A stretch of 64,000 nt of DNA from a virus (lineage: Duplodnaviria; Heunggongvirae; Uroviricota; Caudoviricetes), in the IMG/VR virus record IMGVR_UViG_3300042256_000013, positions 192,001 through 256,000 of that record. One strand, 5' to 3'. Shown piece after piece: positions 1-9,358 of this stretch (position 1 is its first letter; each line of letters begins with the position of its first letter). Under the pieces are notes generated by a model that saw only the letters and a list, made by a program, of their open reading frames with translations, was not told the origin of the DNA and searched no databases. The translations under genes were made by a program, and so were the position numbers.

Positions 1-703
<703 letters not shown>

Positions 704-710
704 TTACTTC

Positions 711-739
711 ATTATACCACATTTTTATATGTGGTTCCA
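711..739 (-). promoter_or_regulatory. TGGAAC-N17-TATAAT promoter (extended -10 TGn)
   Basis: gttcca 734-739 and attata 711-716, upstream of rnh. One of 7 copies with identical spacing. Confidence 0.75.
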
Positions 740-814
740 TTTAAGAAATAAATAGTTGCATATAAACATTTTATTTGAATTTTTTACGTTATTAATAGTA
801 ACGAAAAGGATTTG

Positions 815-821
815 ATAAATA
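815..821 (+). promoter_or_regulatory. late promoter ATAAATA (T4 TATAAATA-like)
   Basis: Upstream of the structural gene at 870. The same motif precedes most structural genes. Confidence 0.55.
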
Positions 822-869
822 ACATTAAGCAGGTATTAAGCCTGCACCAAATTAACAAGGAGATTTCTA

Positions 870-1430
870 ATGAGTCTTAATTCTTTTGATCGTAACTATG
901 GTATGTCTGCTAATAGTCGCGAATTTTGGGGTGGTGATAACGGTTTCGTAACTGTAGTTATTACTCTACCAGTTGATGTAGAAATTGGTGTTTCTGCTGT
1001 AGCATTCGATGGTACTGAAGCTGGCGATAACGCTGCTCAAACTGCACTATCTGCTGCTGAAAAAAATCAATTCATCATCGCTCAAGCTCTTGCACAACGT
1101 GCAGTTCTAGTAACCACTTCTGCATTGTCAACTGATGTTGATCCTACTGCTGCTGGTTTCGCAACTGTTGGTGGAAACGTAATTGCTTTCGGTTCTGCTG
1201 GTACTCTTGCAGACGGTTCTTTCGGTATTACTTATATCGTTGAACGCCAAGATGTGTTTACTAAACAAGATGGCAAACCTGGTTCTACTTATGCACTAGT
1301 TGTTGATCCAACAACTGAAATTGCTACCAATCTAGCACAAGCTGGTGTATTCCAGAAGAAAGACGGTACTCCTGCTCTTGCTGCTGCTGTTGGTATCAAA
1401 GTGTTCAAAGCACTTCCAGTACTACTATAA
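870..1430 (+). CDS. putative virion structural protein (paralog of 1449..2105)
   Basis: Strong AAGGAG RBS, highly biased codons, Ala/Val-rich. Shares motifs with the next ORF. Confidence 0.55.
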   Translation: MSLNSFDRNYGMSANSREFWGGDNGFVTVVITLPVDVEIGVSAVAFDGTEAGDNAAQTALSAAEKNQFIIAQALAQRAVLVTTSALSTDVDPTAAGFATVGGNVIAFGSAGTLADGSFGITYIVERQDVFTKQDGKPGSTYALVVDPTTEIATNLAQAGVFQKKDGTPALAAAVGIKVFKALPVLL

Positions 1431-1448
1431 TTTCAAGGAGAATAAAAT

Positions 1449-2105
1449 ATGTTAGAACGTATTAATGGTTTCTCCGAATCTGGAGTACTAGGTTATTTCT
1501 ATGGTAAGAACGCTCTCGTTTCTATCGCTATCGGCGGTGCTTCAAACGTAGTTGTTAAAGTTACTGGTGCTGTTGCATCTTTCGCTGAACTACAACGTTT
1601 CCTAAACACTGAAGATGTTGATGCTATCGTAGAATTCCTAAACGACAAAGGTGTTGTTCGTGTTGATGGAACTGCTTTCGTAGCTGTTTCCCTTGAAGCT
1701 GACTATACCGCTGCTTATGCTGCTCAAACTAACGTTAAACGTGTTATTGACATTGTTCAACAACGTGCAGTAGTACTAAGTACTTCTCTAACTGCTCAAG
1801 CTGTAGCTGTTTCTGGCTTCCGTAATGCACCATCAGGTGTTACTGCGGCTGCTTCTGTTGCTGCTGCTAACGTTATTACCTTCTTGGTAGAACGTGCGAA
1901 CGTGTTTGATAAAGACCTAGTAACCTTCCAAGGTGTACCAGCTAACCAAATCGATGAAGGCCGTCTACTTATTGATGACCTAACAGGTGTACCAATGCTT
2001 GCTGCTAATGGTTCAGAAGTTATTCTAGCTTCTTCCGCTACCGCTGCTACCGCTGGTAACTTCGCGATTAAAGTTTACAAAGCTATTCCAGCATTGTCTA
2101 TCTAA
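1449..2105 (+). CDS. putative virion structural protein (paralog of 870..1430)
   Basis: AAGGAG RBS. QRAVVLSTS, ITFLVER and IKVYKAIP match the upstream ORF. Confidence 0.55.
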   Translation: MLERINGFSESGVLGYFYGKNALVSIAIGGASNVVVKVTGAVASFAELQRFLNTEDVDAIVEFLNDKGVVRVDGTAFVAVSLEADYTAAYAAQTNVKRVIDIVQQRAVVLSTSLTAQAVAVSGFRNAPSGVTAAASVAAANVITFLVERANVFDKDLVTFQGVPANQIDEGRLLIDDLTGVPMLAANGSEVILASSATAATAGNFAIKVYKAIPALSI

Positions 2106-2117
2106 TAAATCCAAACG

Positions 2118-2147
2118 AAAAAAGGACGCAACATGCGTCCTTTTTTT
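2118..2147. terminator. bidirectional intrinsic terminator
   Basis: A6-ggacgc-aacat-gcgtcc-T7 between convergent genes. Confidence 0.85.
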
Positions 2148-2871
2148 ATTCATAAATTTTGAAATTCGGATCAATAGAACCAGTCTGTTGATTCATCTCG
2201 TCGTTTACGCTTGTTAGCTTTGTGTCATAGTCACCGCTATAATCTTCTGTTGCTAACTTTCGACCCCAATCTTTAATAAAGTTATCGATAATTTCTGCTT
2301 CGTCAACACCAGGATGACCTTCAGCACGTAACTTTTTCCAGAAATATTCGTTGTAATCGAATATCATACTGATTTCATTACTTTCCTCATCGAATTCCAC
2401 ATCAAATGCAAACCAAGGCTTACGATTAAATGTTGCTAATTCTTTTTCGTACTCGTTCTCAGTAATTTCTTCGTATTTTAAAGAATATTTTAAAGCTGCA
2501 ATGTATTTCTTATCTTCATCTTTGATGAGTTCAATGAATTGTTTATCATATTCCTTTTCATCAATTTTATGGAATTTAAGATCTAATTCCAACTTATCAA
2601 GTACTACAGTGTCTTTTCCAATAACTGCATGTTTGAATTGCAAATCAACTTTATTCACTTCGAATTCATATTCAGTAAATTCTCCGTGTTTGTATCGAAT
2701 TTCATTTTTAGCTACATCGCGTTCATGAAGTGTTAGATATAAAATATCTGCACGTTTCAAGTCAGCGTCTAAGCCCTCAAAGTTAAAATCGATTAATGCA
2801 AGCTCTTTAGCTTGTCCTTTTAGACCCCAATGTGAAGGGTACATCCAGAATGGTATAATTCTCTTAGCCAT
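2146..2871 (-). CDS. hypothetical protein
   Basis: Long ORF. The likely start MAKRII at 2871 overlaps the groES stop. Confidence 0.7.
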   Translation of the reverse strand: MAKRIIPFWMYPSHWGLKGQAKELALIDFNFEGLDADLKRADILYLTLHERDVAKNEIRYKHGEFTEYEFEVNKVDLQFKHAVIGKDTVVLDKLELDLKFHKIDEKEYDKQFIELIKDEDKKYIAALKYSLKYEEITENEYEKELATFNRKPWFAFDVEFDEESNEISMIFDYNEYFWKKLRAEGHPGVDEAEIIDNFIKDWGRKLATEDYSGDYDTKLTSVNDEMNQQTGSIDPNFKIYE

Positions 2872-3151
2872 TTTTCTTCCCAAATATATCACCAATTTTC
2901 ATAACATAATAATTTTTGCTATCTTCTTCTAATGGGATATTTAGTGAAGATTTACCAAAAACGATCACATCCCCAGGATTTAGATTATGTTCTTCACGAG
3001 AACCATCATTAAGTACTCGTCCTGGGCCGACTGATATGATAGTACCAGTACATGGCGGTTCAACTTTAGTCAAAATTAGACCACCTGAACTCTTTGTTAC
3101 GCTCTCTAGTAATTCAACGATAACATAATCATTAATTGCTTTTAAACTCAT
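2864..3151 (-). CDS. groES: GroES-family co-chaperonin
   Basis: LKAINDYVIV...KSSGGLIL...GTIISVGPG...GDVIVF is the cpn10 pattern. GGAG RBS before the ATG at 3151. Confidence 0.9.
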   Translation of the reverse strand: MSLKAINDYVIVELLESVTKSSGGLILTKVEPPCTGTIISVGPGRVLNDGSREEHNLNPGDVIVFGKSSLNIPLEEDSKNYYVMKIGDIFGKKNG

Positions 3152-3169
3152 ATTTGACTCCATTCAAAT

Positions 3170-3379
3170 TTAGTATCGTCCAGTAGTATTGAACCAATTT
3201 CCTTTAAAATTAAAGGCAGTTCCTTTATTACCGGGTGTAAACATTTCAAATTTCATGCACTTTTCAGTACCGCATTGTTCACAATCATATGCTTTATTTT
3301 CACGTTCATCATACTTGACAATCTTTTCGATACTATGATGACAATCTTCTTTTTCACAACGGTAAGTATAAAGTGGCAT
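3170..3379 (-). CDS. FmdB-family zinc-ribbon protein
   Basis: MPLYTYRC..C...CEQCG...FKGNWF pattern. Confidence 0.75.
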   Translation of the reverse strand: MPLYTYRCEKEDCHHSIEKIVKYDERENKAYDCEQCGTEKCMKFEMFTPGNKGTAFNFKGNWFNTTGRY

Positions 3380-3390
3380 GTTCTATCCTT

Positions 3391-4005
3391 TTAAACAGTA
3401 ATTTTTCTTGATTCTTCCAGTGCTTTGTAATACGCTGCTTTTGCTATCGGATTAGATTCAATAACACTGAGTGCATCCGAATTAGGAACACCAGCGAAGA
3501 TTTGTTGTGTACTATTTACTGTTTCAAAACCTTGACGAACTTCATGAAGGGTACGAGGGAAGAAATTCATGAAAGAACTATCCACTGATACGTTCATATA
3601 TTCTAATCCACTTACTGATTCAGTATGAACATGTCCATGAATATTCTTTTTTCCACGCAATTCTTCAGGATGAATAGGTGCATGTGATAACCAAAACTCT
3701 TTATACTTCATGAGTGCGTGAACTTCATCGAATGTTTCACAAAGTTTCTTAGTACTGATATATTCTGAACAGTGATTGCCAAGAATCAGAATTTTTGTAC
3801 CAGGAAGTTCTTTGAAGAACGGAAGATATTTTTCATCAAAGACTGCATCTCCTAAGATAAACATCGTATCACGTTTTTTGCAAGTTTCTGCAAGGATGTA
3901 TTGAAAGTACAAGTCATTATGTAAAGTACTTTCAAAGACTGGACGGTATTTCCAGATATTTTTGTGACCCATATGGGTATCAGCGATAAAACGAGGGGTA
4001 CTCAT
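3391..4005 (-). CDS. calcineurin-like metallophosphoesterase
   Basis: DTH, LGD, GNH, SHAP and HGHVH motifs. Start trimmed to MSTPRF. Confidence 0.85.
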   Translation of the reverse strand: MSTPRFIADTHMGHKNIWKYRPVFESTLHNDLYFQYILAETCKKRDTMFILGDAVFDEKYLPFFKELPGTKILILGNHCSEYISTKKLCETFDEVHALMKYKEFWLSHAPIHPEELRGKKNIHGHVHTESVSGLEYMNVSVDSSFMNFFPRTLHEVRQGFETVNSTQQIFAGVPNSDALSVIESNPIAKAAYYKALEESRKITV

Positions 4006-4024
4006 AATAACTTTCCAAATAAGA

Positions 4025-4045
4025 AAAGGGAACCTAAGTTCCCTT
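4025..4045 (-). terminator. intrinsic terminator
   Basis: aagggaac-ttag-gttccctt followed by a U-rich tract on the minus strand, just after the 4053 stop. Confidence 0.6.
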
Positions 4046-4052
4046 ATATAAA

Positions 4053-4784
4053 TTAGCAACCACTTACATAGATGCTATAAACAGCAATACCAGTATCAAC
4101 AGTTACGTTCATCATACCAGTTTTAGTGAATCCCATTGACTTAGTTTCAGCACTGGATACGCGGTTCAATGCTTGGAACACACGGTCAATTGGATAACCA
4201 TAACCTTTTGTTAGTTCACCTTCAGTTTTAGAGAACTGAATAGTACCTGTATGGTTGTTTTTATCTTTTTCACCAACGTAGAAATGTAAGCTGTCATCCT
4301 CAGTGTAGGGAGTGACTAAAGCAGAGAAAGATTTAAACACACCTGAGAAGCTTTTTAGTTCATTGACCTTAGCGGCACTAGGTGTAACCTGTACATCGTA
4401 TGGTTGGTCAGTGAATCGTGGTTGGGTTGGGATATATTTTTCCGCAACTACAAGATAGTTGGTATTAGCTTCGTCGGAATTGAAAGTTAGGCTTTTAACA
4501 ACACCATCTTTCGCATTCACGCCGATTTTAGTACTTTCAGTCTTATAGACGTTTAGGTTCAATAGACCTTGAAGCATTCCAAGATTACCAATACCGAAAC
4601 GACCAATAACTTCAGGTACGTTTTCTTTAGTATGTGCTCGCATAACTAAATTTTTGTCAGAAGTATAAGCTTCCATATAAACACGTTGGCCTTCGCCGCG
4701 ATCTTCGCTTGAAATAGCGATACAATCAAAATCAATTCCAGCGGTGGTGTTTACCAGGTCGCGTAGTACGTCACGTAATTCCAT
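4053..4784 (-). CDS. putative sliding clamp (gp45-like)
   Basis: 243 aa, alpha/beta pattern with an FGIGNL motif. Size and position near the DNA polymerase fit. No strong motif. Confidence 0.5.
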   Translation of the reverse strand: MELRDVLRDLVNTTAGIDFDCIAISSEDRGEGQRVYMEAYTSDKNLVMRAHTKENVPEVIGRFGIGNLGMLQGLLNLNVYKTESTKIGVNAKDGVVKSLTFNSDEANTNYLVVAEKYIPTQPRFTDQPYDVQVTPSAAKVNELKSFSGVFKSFSALVTPYTEDDSLHFYVGEKDKNNHTGTIQFSKTEGELTKGYGYPIDRVFQALNRVSSAETKSMGFTKTGMMNVTVDTGIAVYSIYVSGC

Positions 4785-4814
4785 TTGTTAATTCTCCATG
4801 TTGTTAACGGGTAC

Positions 4815-4843
4815 ATTATACCATATAATTTCTACCCGTTCCA
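4815..4843 (-). promoter_or_regulatory. TGGAAC-N17-TATAAT promoter
   Basis: gttcca 4838-4843, attata 4815-4820. Confidence 0.75.
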
Positions 4844-4848
4844 TATTT

Positions 4849-5409
4849 TTAAATATTTCTTGGTGATTCAGTATTTTTAGCAATTTGGTTTAGTATATTA
4901 GTCATACCTGATAATTTTTCATCGGTTTTGTCATTTGCAATATTACAACGATCAATAAACGATTGATAAAGGTCAATACTATAACTATAATCTAAATCAG
5001 CAGTATTGTTTGTATAGAATCCTTTACCTGAATATGAATTACCAGCATCACTTACTGTTTTACCTGTATACTTTGTCCAATCTGGATCTCCAGTACTGGT
5101 TCCATAAGTATATAATGGGTTATGGTCGTTATAATACCAAATTCCAGGGTCAGGTTTACGGAAAGGGTTTTGTTCATTATAAGGCCACTGTTTTTCTTTC
5201 GTTGGCACTTCAACAACCTTGATTACTTCTTTTGTTTTTTGTTCGATCTTAAACAGGGCGACGACTTTATCGCCCTCTTTGATAGATCCAACCTTTGTAA
5301 AGCCTGCTTTAGTTAGTACATCTTCTTCATGTTTGTTTTCAGCACGAATAATATCGTGCTTACCGTTAGAAAGAAGTGCTTCACCAATGCGTTCATAAAT
5401 GTTAGACAT
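4849..5409 (-). CDS. hypothetical protein
   Basis: 186-aa ORF with AAGGA RBS. Confidence 0.7.
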   Translation of the reverse strand: MSNIYERIGEALLSNGKHDIIRAENKHEEDVLTKAGFTKVGSIKEGDKVVALFKIEQKTKEVIKVVEVPTKEKQWPYNEQNPFRKPDPGIWYYNDHNPLYTYGTSTGDPDWTKYTGKTVSDAGNSYSGKGFYTNNTADLDYSYSIDLYQSFIDRCNIANDKTDEKLSGMTNILNQIAKNTESPRNI

Positions 5410-5421
5410 ATTTTATTCCTT

Positions 5422-8400
5422 TTAATCCCAATGAATCATGCCAGTGTTTAATTCAATGGAGCTTTTTTCTTCTATTGCTATATCCATATCCAGAATACCG
5501 AAGATATTACCCAATTTTTTTGTTAGTACTGCTAATTCCATAGCATCATCATCGAACGGAAGTTCTAGATACCATTCAGGTAAGTAATCTACGCAGTCAA
5601 TTGGATAACCAATCTTCTTAATACCAAGTGGATTAGGTTTTAGATCACAAACAATTACTTTAGTACCATCTGTTGCTTCTGGAACTGATTTATCATCGTT
5701 CAAATCACGAAGTTTGTTCCATTGAATAGCGGCTAGTACGTGTCCAACCTTACATTTACCTGTATCCTGGTATTCTTTCTCTTTATTGGTATAGTTTTTC
5801 ACTGTTTTTGGTGAACCTTTCTCAATACTTGGCTTGTCTTTGAATTGTTTCTTGAAAGTACGAACACGAGTACGTAGTTCTTCTTCAGTCTCACCAACCA
5901 ATAATGCAACTAGAGTCTCTTCTAAGAAGTTCTGGATGTATTTCGGTGTGTCTGAACGTTTAATTTCAAGACCCATAGCTTTGATTTTACCAGGTTTACC
6001 ATCCACATCTAAACGGAACCCATCTTCCCAATATTTTAAAATAGCATAACGCTTCTTCTTCAAGAATAAACCACGAGAACCAACCATTTCTAAGTCAGCA
6101 CCAACGATTTTACCCTTTTCAATACCAGTATTAAAGGTTTCGTCCATAAATTCAGGGAATGATGCACCTACAGTGTCACCAATCATTTGATAAAGTTCTA
6201 CAACTTCATCTTTAGACATTTCAAATGGAATGTCGTTCTCTTTATAGTAGTGTGCTACACTGAAATACACGGAATCGGTATCACCGTATACTACTACACC
6301 ACCACTATGATCGTATGTCTCAGTACATACTTCATTAATCTTACTCGCCATGTGTTTAGTCATGCTACGACCAGTTAATGTAACTGATTGTCCAAGACGT
6401 TTGTCGAAGAAACGAGAACCTTTGTTCAACAACGCACCATATAGGGAGTTTAGAAGAATTTTACGTATCTGTTGGTTCTGTTTCCAGAACGCAGACTGAG
6501 TTTTACAGTACTTCTTATCAGAATCCATCACAAATACATGACCATTCTCAAGACGCATACCGTTATCCGCAATAATCTTAGCAAGTTCAGCATAATTCTT
6601 GTCTGCAAGAGCTAAACGCATAAGATATACTGGATCACCTTCGTGTAAGTTCGTTTTATGAATACCAGAACCAATTTCTAACGATTTTAGTACTTCTTCC
6701 AGTTCATGTAAAGCAGTTTCTGGCATTTCCCATCCATCTGTTGCCAAATGTTTGTAGTCAATAACCATTTTCTGTTGTGCTTTACGTTCAGAGTACCACA
6801 TAGTAAGGATTTCTGGAATTACACCGTACTTAGTCTTATCAAATAGAGTACCATTCGCACTTAGAACAATAGAACTATCTTCTCCAAAGATAATATCATG
6901 CAATTCTGCACCTGTAGCTTGGAAACTTGTTCCATCTTCGAGATCTACAGTAATAATTTCGTTAGATTTCTCACGAACCATTGTAAATTCGATACTTGCG
7001 AACAAACCATGCCATGCTTCAGTATATTTCGGCTCAAATCGACCTTTTCCACGATAACGCTGACGTTGTTCTTCAATACGTGCTGCAAGATACGCTTCTG
7101 TATACGTTTGACGTAACTGTCCAAGAATACATTCAGTACTCATACCTAATGCACGAAGAACTGTTGGATATAGTGAGTTAAAGTCAGTACATCCTAACCA
7201 ATCAATCAATCCTAGTACTGGATCTTGTACCCAAGCACCAGCAGCTTTAGAACCTTTTGGTTGTTCGTCTTCATCATCTTCATCATCATCAAAATCCATT
7301 TCATAATCTTGATAATCATAACCTTCTTCTTCTTCATCAAGTTTACGCTTATTGAATACTACTTCACCACGTTGGTGAGCCAAGTTGATGATTGCTGTAT
7401 CAATTAGAGCTACTGAACCCATTGTAGTACTGATAAGTACGCATTCTTTATGTGCTAATCGGTTATGCAGGTTAATGAAGTCCATTTTCTCGTCGATTTT
7501 CTTCAACAAGATACTATCCTGTTTAGAATAACGCAAGAATGTCATGTAATCTTCACGATATAACTTATCCAAAGACCCTTCATAGGATACTTTGTTCTCA
7601 CCAGTTACTTTCTCGGCAATATAATCGAGTTTATATGACTGTTCTACTTGTCCAGCATGTTTCTTATAAAGAGCTAGATAGTCTAGGTGAACACGTCCAA
7701 CTAAATCATAGGTTACAATGGTTTTACCGAACATATCTGCTTCGCGAGCATTAGGTTTCTTGTTCCATAAGCACCAGCGAGCAAGAGTAGCTTCATTAAA
7801 GAGCTTTCTTGTGCGGTTTACCATGTATGGAATATCAAAAAACTCACTATTCCAACCAGATAGAATGTCACCATCTTCAATTAATTCAAAGAAAGTTTCA
7901 AACATCTCAGATTCTTCAGTATAAAGGATTACTGTACTGTTTGGATCGTTTGTTTCCGCATTTAGGCGGTTAATAATGTCCTGAGCTTCATGAATTTCCA
8001 TATCAGAAGGTGCCATTGTAAGAACATAATCCTTACCTGTCCAACTTTGATATAAAGAAATAGCTGTTACTCGGTTGAATGGATCGCTCGGCTGAGCATA
8101 TCCGAATTTAGGGTGAAAGTCTGTTTCAATATCGAAGAATGCGATATTAAGATCAGGAGATGACTTACCCATGTAGTGTTTTGCAAGGGTTTTAAATGTA
8201 ACATTACAATCTGCTTCATAAATCTTCACAGAAAGCGGCAATGATTCCATTTGTTTTTTCATATCTGAATAGCGGGAGAATTCAAACTTCTCGGCAAGAG
8301 TACCGTTGATAGTTTTATGTTCACCACGTGGAGATTCTACATAATACTCGTATACTGGCTCAATTTCTCGTAGGACACGACGACCATTAATACGTTCAGC

Positions 8401-8454
8401 AACATGCAGTACTTCTCCAGTACGCTTTCTATCCATATATCCATCTATATACAT
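5422..8454 (-). CDS. gp43: family B DNA polymerase (T4 gp43-like)
   Basis: DIET, GWNSEFFDIPY, DFNSLYP, KILLNSLYG, YGDTDS and KKRYA motifs. Confidence 0.97.
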   Translation of the reverse strand: MYIDGYMDRKRTGEVLHVAERINGRRVLREIEPVYEYYVESPRGEHKTINGTLAEKFEFSRYSDMKKQMESLPLSVKIYEADCNVTFKTLAKHYMGKSSPDLNIAFFDIETDFHPKFGYAQPSDPFNRVTAISLYQSWTGKDYVLTMAPSDMEIHEAQDIINRLNAETNDPNSTVILYTEESEMFETFFELIEDGDILSGWNSEFFDIPYMVNRTRKLFNEATLARWCLWNKKPNAREADMFGKTIVTYDLVGRVHLDYLALYKKHAGQVEQSYKLDYIAEKVTGENKVSYEGSLDKLYREDYMTFLRYSKQDSILLKKIDEKMDFINLHNRLAHKECVLISTTMGSVALIDTAIINLAHQRGEVVFNKRKLDEEEEGYDYQDYEMDFDDDEDDEDEQPKGSKAAGAWVQDPVLGLIDWLGCTDFNSLYPTVLRALGMSTECILGQLRQTYTEAYLAARIEEQRQRYRGKGRFEPKYTEAWHGLFASIEFTMVREKSNEIITVDLEDGTSFQATGAELHDIIFGEDSSIVLSANGTLFDKTKYGVIPEILTMWYSERKAQQKMVIDYKHLATDGWEMPETALHELEEVLKSLEIGSGIHKTNLHEGDPVYLMRLALADKNYAELAKIIADNGMRLENGHVFVMDSDKKYCKTQSAFWKQNQQIRKILLNSLYGALLNKGSRFFDKRLGQSVTLTGRSMTKHMASKINEVCTETYDHSGGVVVYGDTDSVYFSVAHYYKENDIPFEMSKDEVVELYQMIGDTVGASFPEFMDETFNTGIEKGKIVGADLEMVGSRGLFLKKKRYAILKYWEDGFRLDVDGKPGKIKAMGLEIKRSDTPKYIQNFLEETLVALLVGETEEELRTRVRTFKKQFKDKPSIEKGSPKTVKNYTNKEKEYQDTGKCKVGHVLAAIQWNKLRDLNDDKSVPEATDGTKVIVCDLKPNPLGIKKIGYPIDCVDYLPEWYLELPFDDDAMELAVLTKKLGNIFGILDMDIAIEEKSSIELNTGMIHWD

Positions 8455-8484
8455 CTTATCTCCTTATAATTACGTACTTAAAAC

Positions 8485-8509
8485 TAAAGCCCCATCCATT
8501 GGGGCTTTA
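8485..8509 (-). terminator. hairpin (terminator or operator) upstream of polymerase
   Basis: taaagcccca / tggggcttta 10-bp stem. Confidence 0.5.
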
Positions 8510-8513
8510 TTTA

Positions 8514-8819
8514 TTACTCGTCTTCGTCTTCCATTGCAGCCAAGTTACCAGAAACGGTAAGAATGGTTTCAACTTCGTCCTGATCACGAACTTTATCGAA
8601 GAAGTCTTGCTTATAGATACGCATCGCAGCAGATTTCAATTTAGACTTGTCAAGCCCTAATTCATCTGCTAAAGTATCCATGAAATCAGCATACGATTCT
8701 TTAATCGTATCAAGGTGCGTCAACTGTACTACCGCAGAATTCAAGCCATCTTTGAGTTTTTTGCGTTGTGCGTCATTTAACTCATGAGCTTCAATTTTAG
8801 ATTCGGTTTTCTTAGTCAT
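8514..8819 (-). CDS. T4 DsbA-like double-stranded DNA-binding protein
   Basis: 101 aa, helical. The ADELGLDKSKL..AAMRIYKQD pattern resembles T4 DsbA. Confidence 0.6.
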   Translation of the reverse strand: MTKKTESKIEAHELNDAQRKKLKDGLNSAVVQLTHLDTIKESYADFMDTLADELGLDKSKLKSAAMRIYKQDFFDKVRDQDEVETILTVSGNLAAMEDEDE

Positions 8820-8839
8820 TTGTGTATTTCTCCATGTAT

Positions 8840-8871
8840 AAAAAAAGCACCCTAACTCTCCGTTAGGATGC
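8840..8871 (-). terminator. intrinsic terminator after the tail-fibre cassette
   Basis: Minus strand reads gcatcctaac-ggaga-gttagggtgc-T7. Confidence 0.7.
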
Positions 8872-8875
8872 CTAC

Positions 8876-8904
8876 ATTATAGCACAGGAATTTTCCCCGT
8901 TTCA
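8876..8904 (-). promoter_or_regulatory. TGAAAC-N17-TATAAT promoter
   Basis: gtttca 8899-8904, attata 8876-8881. Confidence 0.7.
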
Positions 8905-9348
8905 CATATTTTTCATTTTTTCGTAAATCGAAATGTATCTTTCTTTCAATTCAGATAGCATTTTGGTGTTTTTTACCAAGGTATAGTACTGAATATCAAG
9001 AGATAGCTTATACAACTGATTTTCGTAATTCTCAACTACATGTTCAACAATTCTTCCATCAATAAAATTCCAAGACCAAACTCCTTTTTCAAAGAAATCA
9101 GTTGGTATTTCATTTAATTGCATTTCATAAAAATAAAAATTAGATGGACTCAACATACTTACATCAAATGATGCTTGTGAAATATAGTTATTTGAATCTA
9201 CCATGATTTTTAAAGTTTCAGGTCTTACGGTCTTCATGAACTCAGTCCAATCTACGCCATCTTCGTTTCTATAATGATGAACCTTATATGAATTATTACC
9301 ATCAATGATAATTTCAGGAACATCAAGTTCGTATTCATAGAACAACAT
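8902..9348 (-). CDS. tail fibre assembly protein
   Basis: EDGVDW...LKIMVDS...DVSML.P...W.F.DG.IV pattern of Tfa-like chaperones, directly after a fibre gene. Confidence 0.6.
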   Translation of the reverse strand: MLFYEYELDVPEIIIDGNNSYKVHHYRNEDGVDWTEFMKTVRPETLKIMVDSNNYISQASFDVSMLSPSNFYFYEMQLNEIPTDFFEKGVWSWNFIDGRIVEHVVENYENQLYKLSLDIQYYTLVKNTKMLSELKERYISIYEKMKNM

Positions 9349-9358
9349 AAAAAAATCC

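Noticed and set aside
5422-8454. Intein or intron in the DNA polymerase
   Set aside because: The ORF is continuous, and the insertions lack C/S...HN termini and LAGLIDADG motifs.
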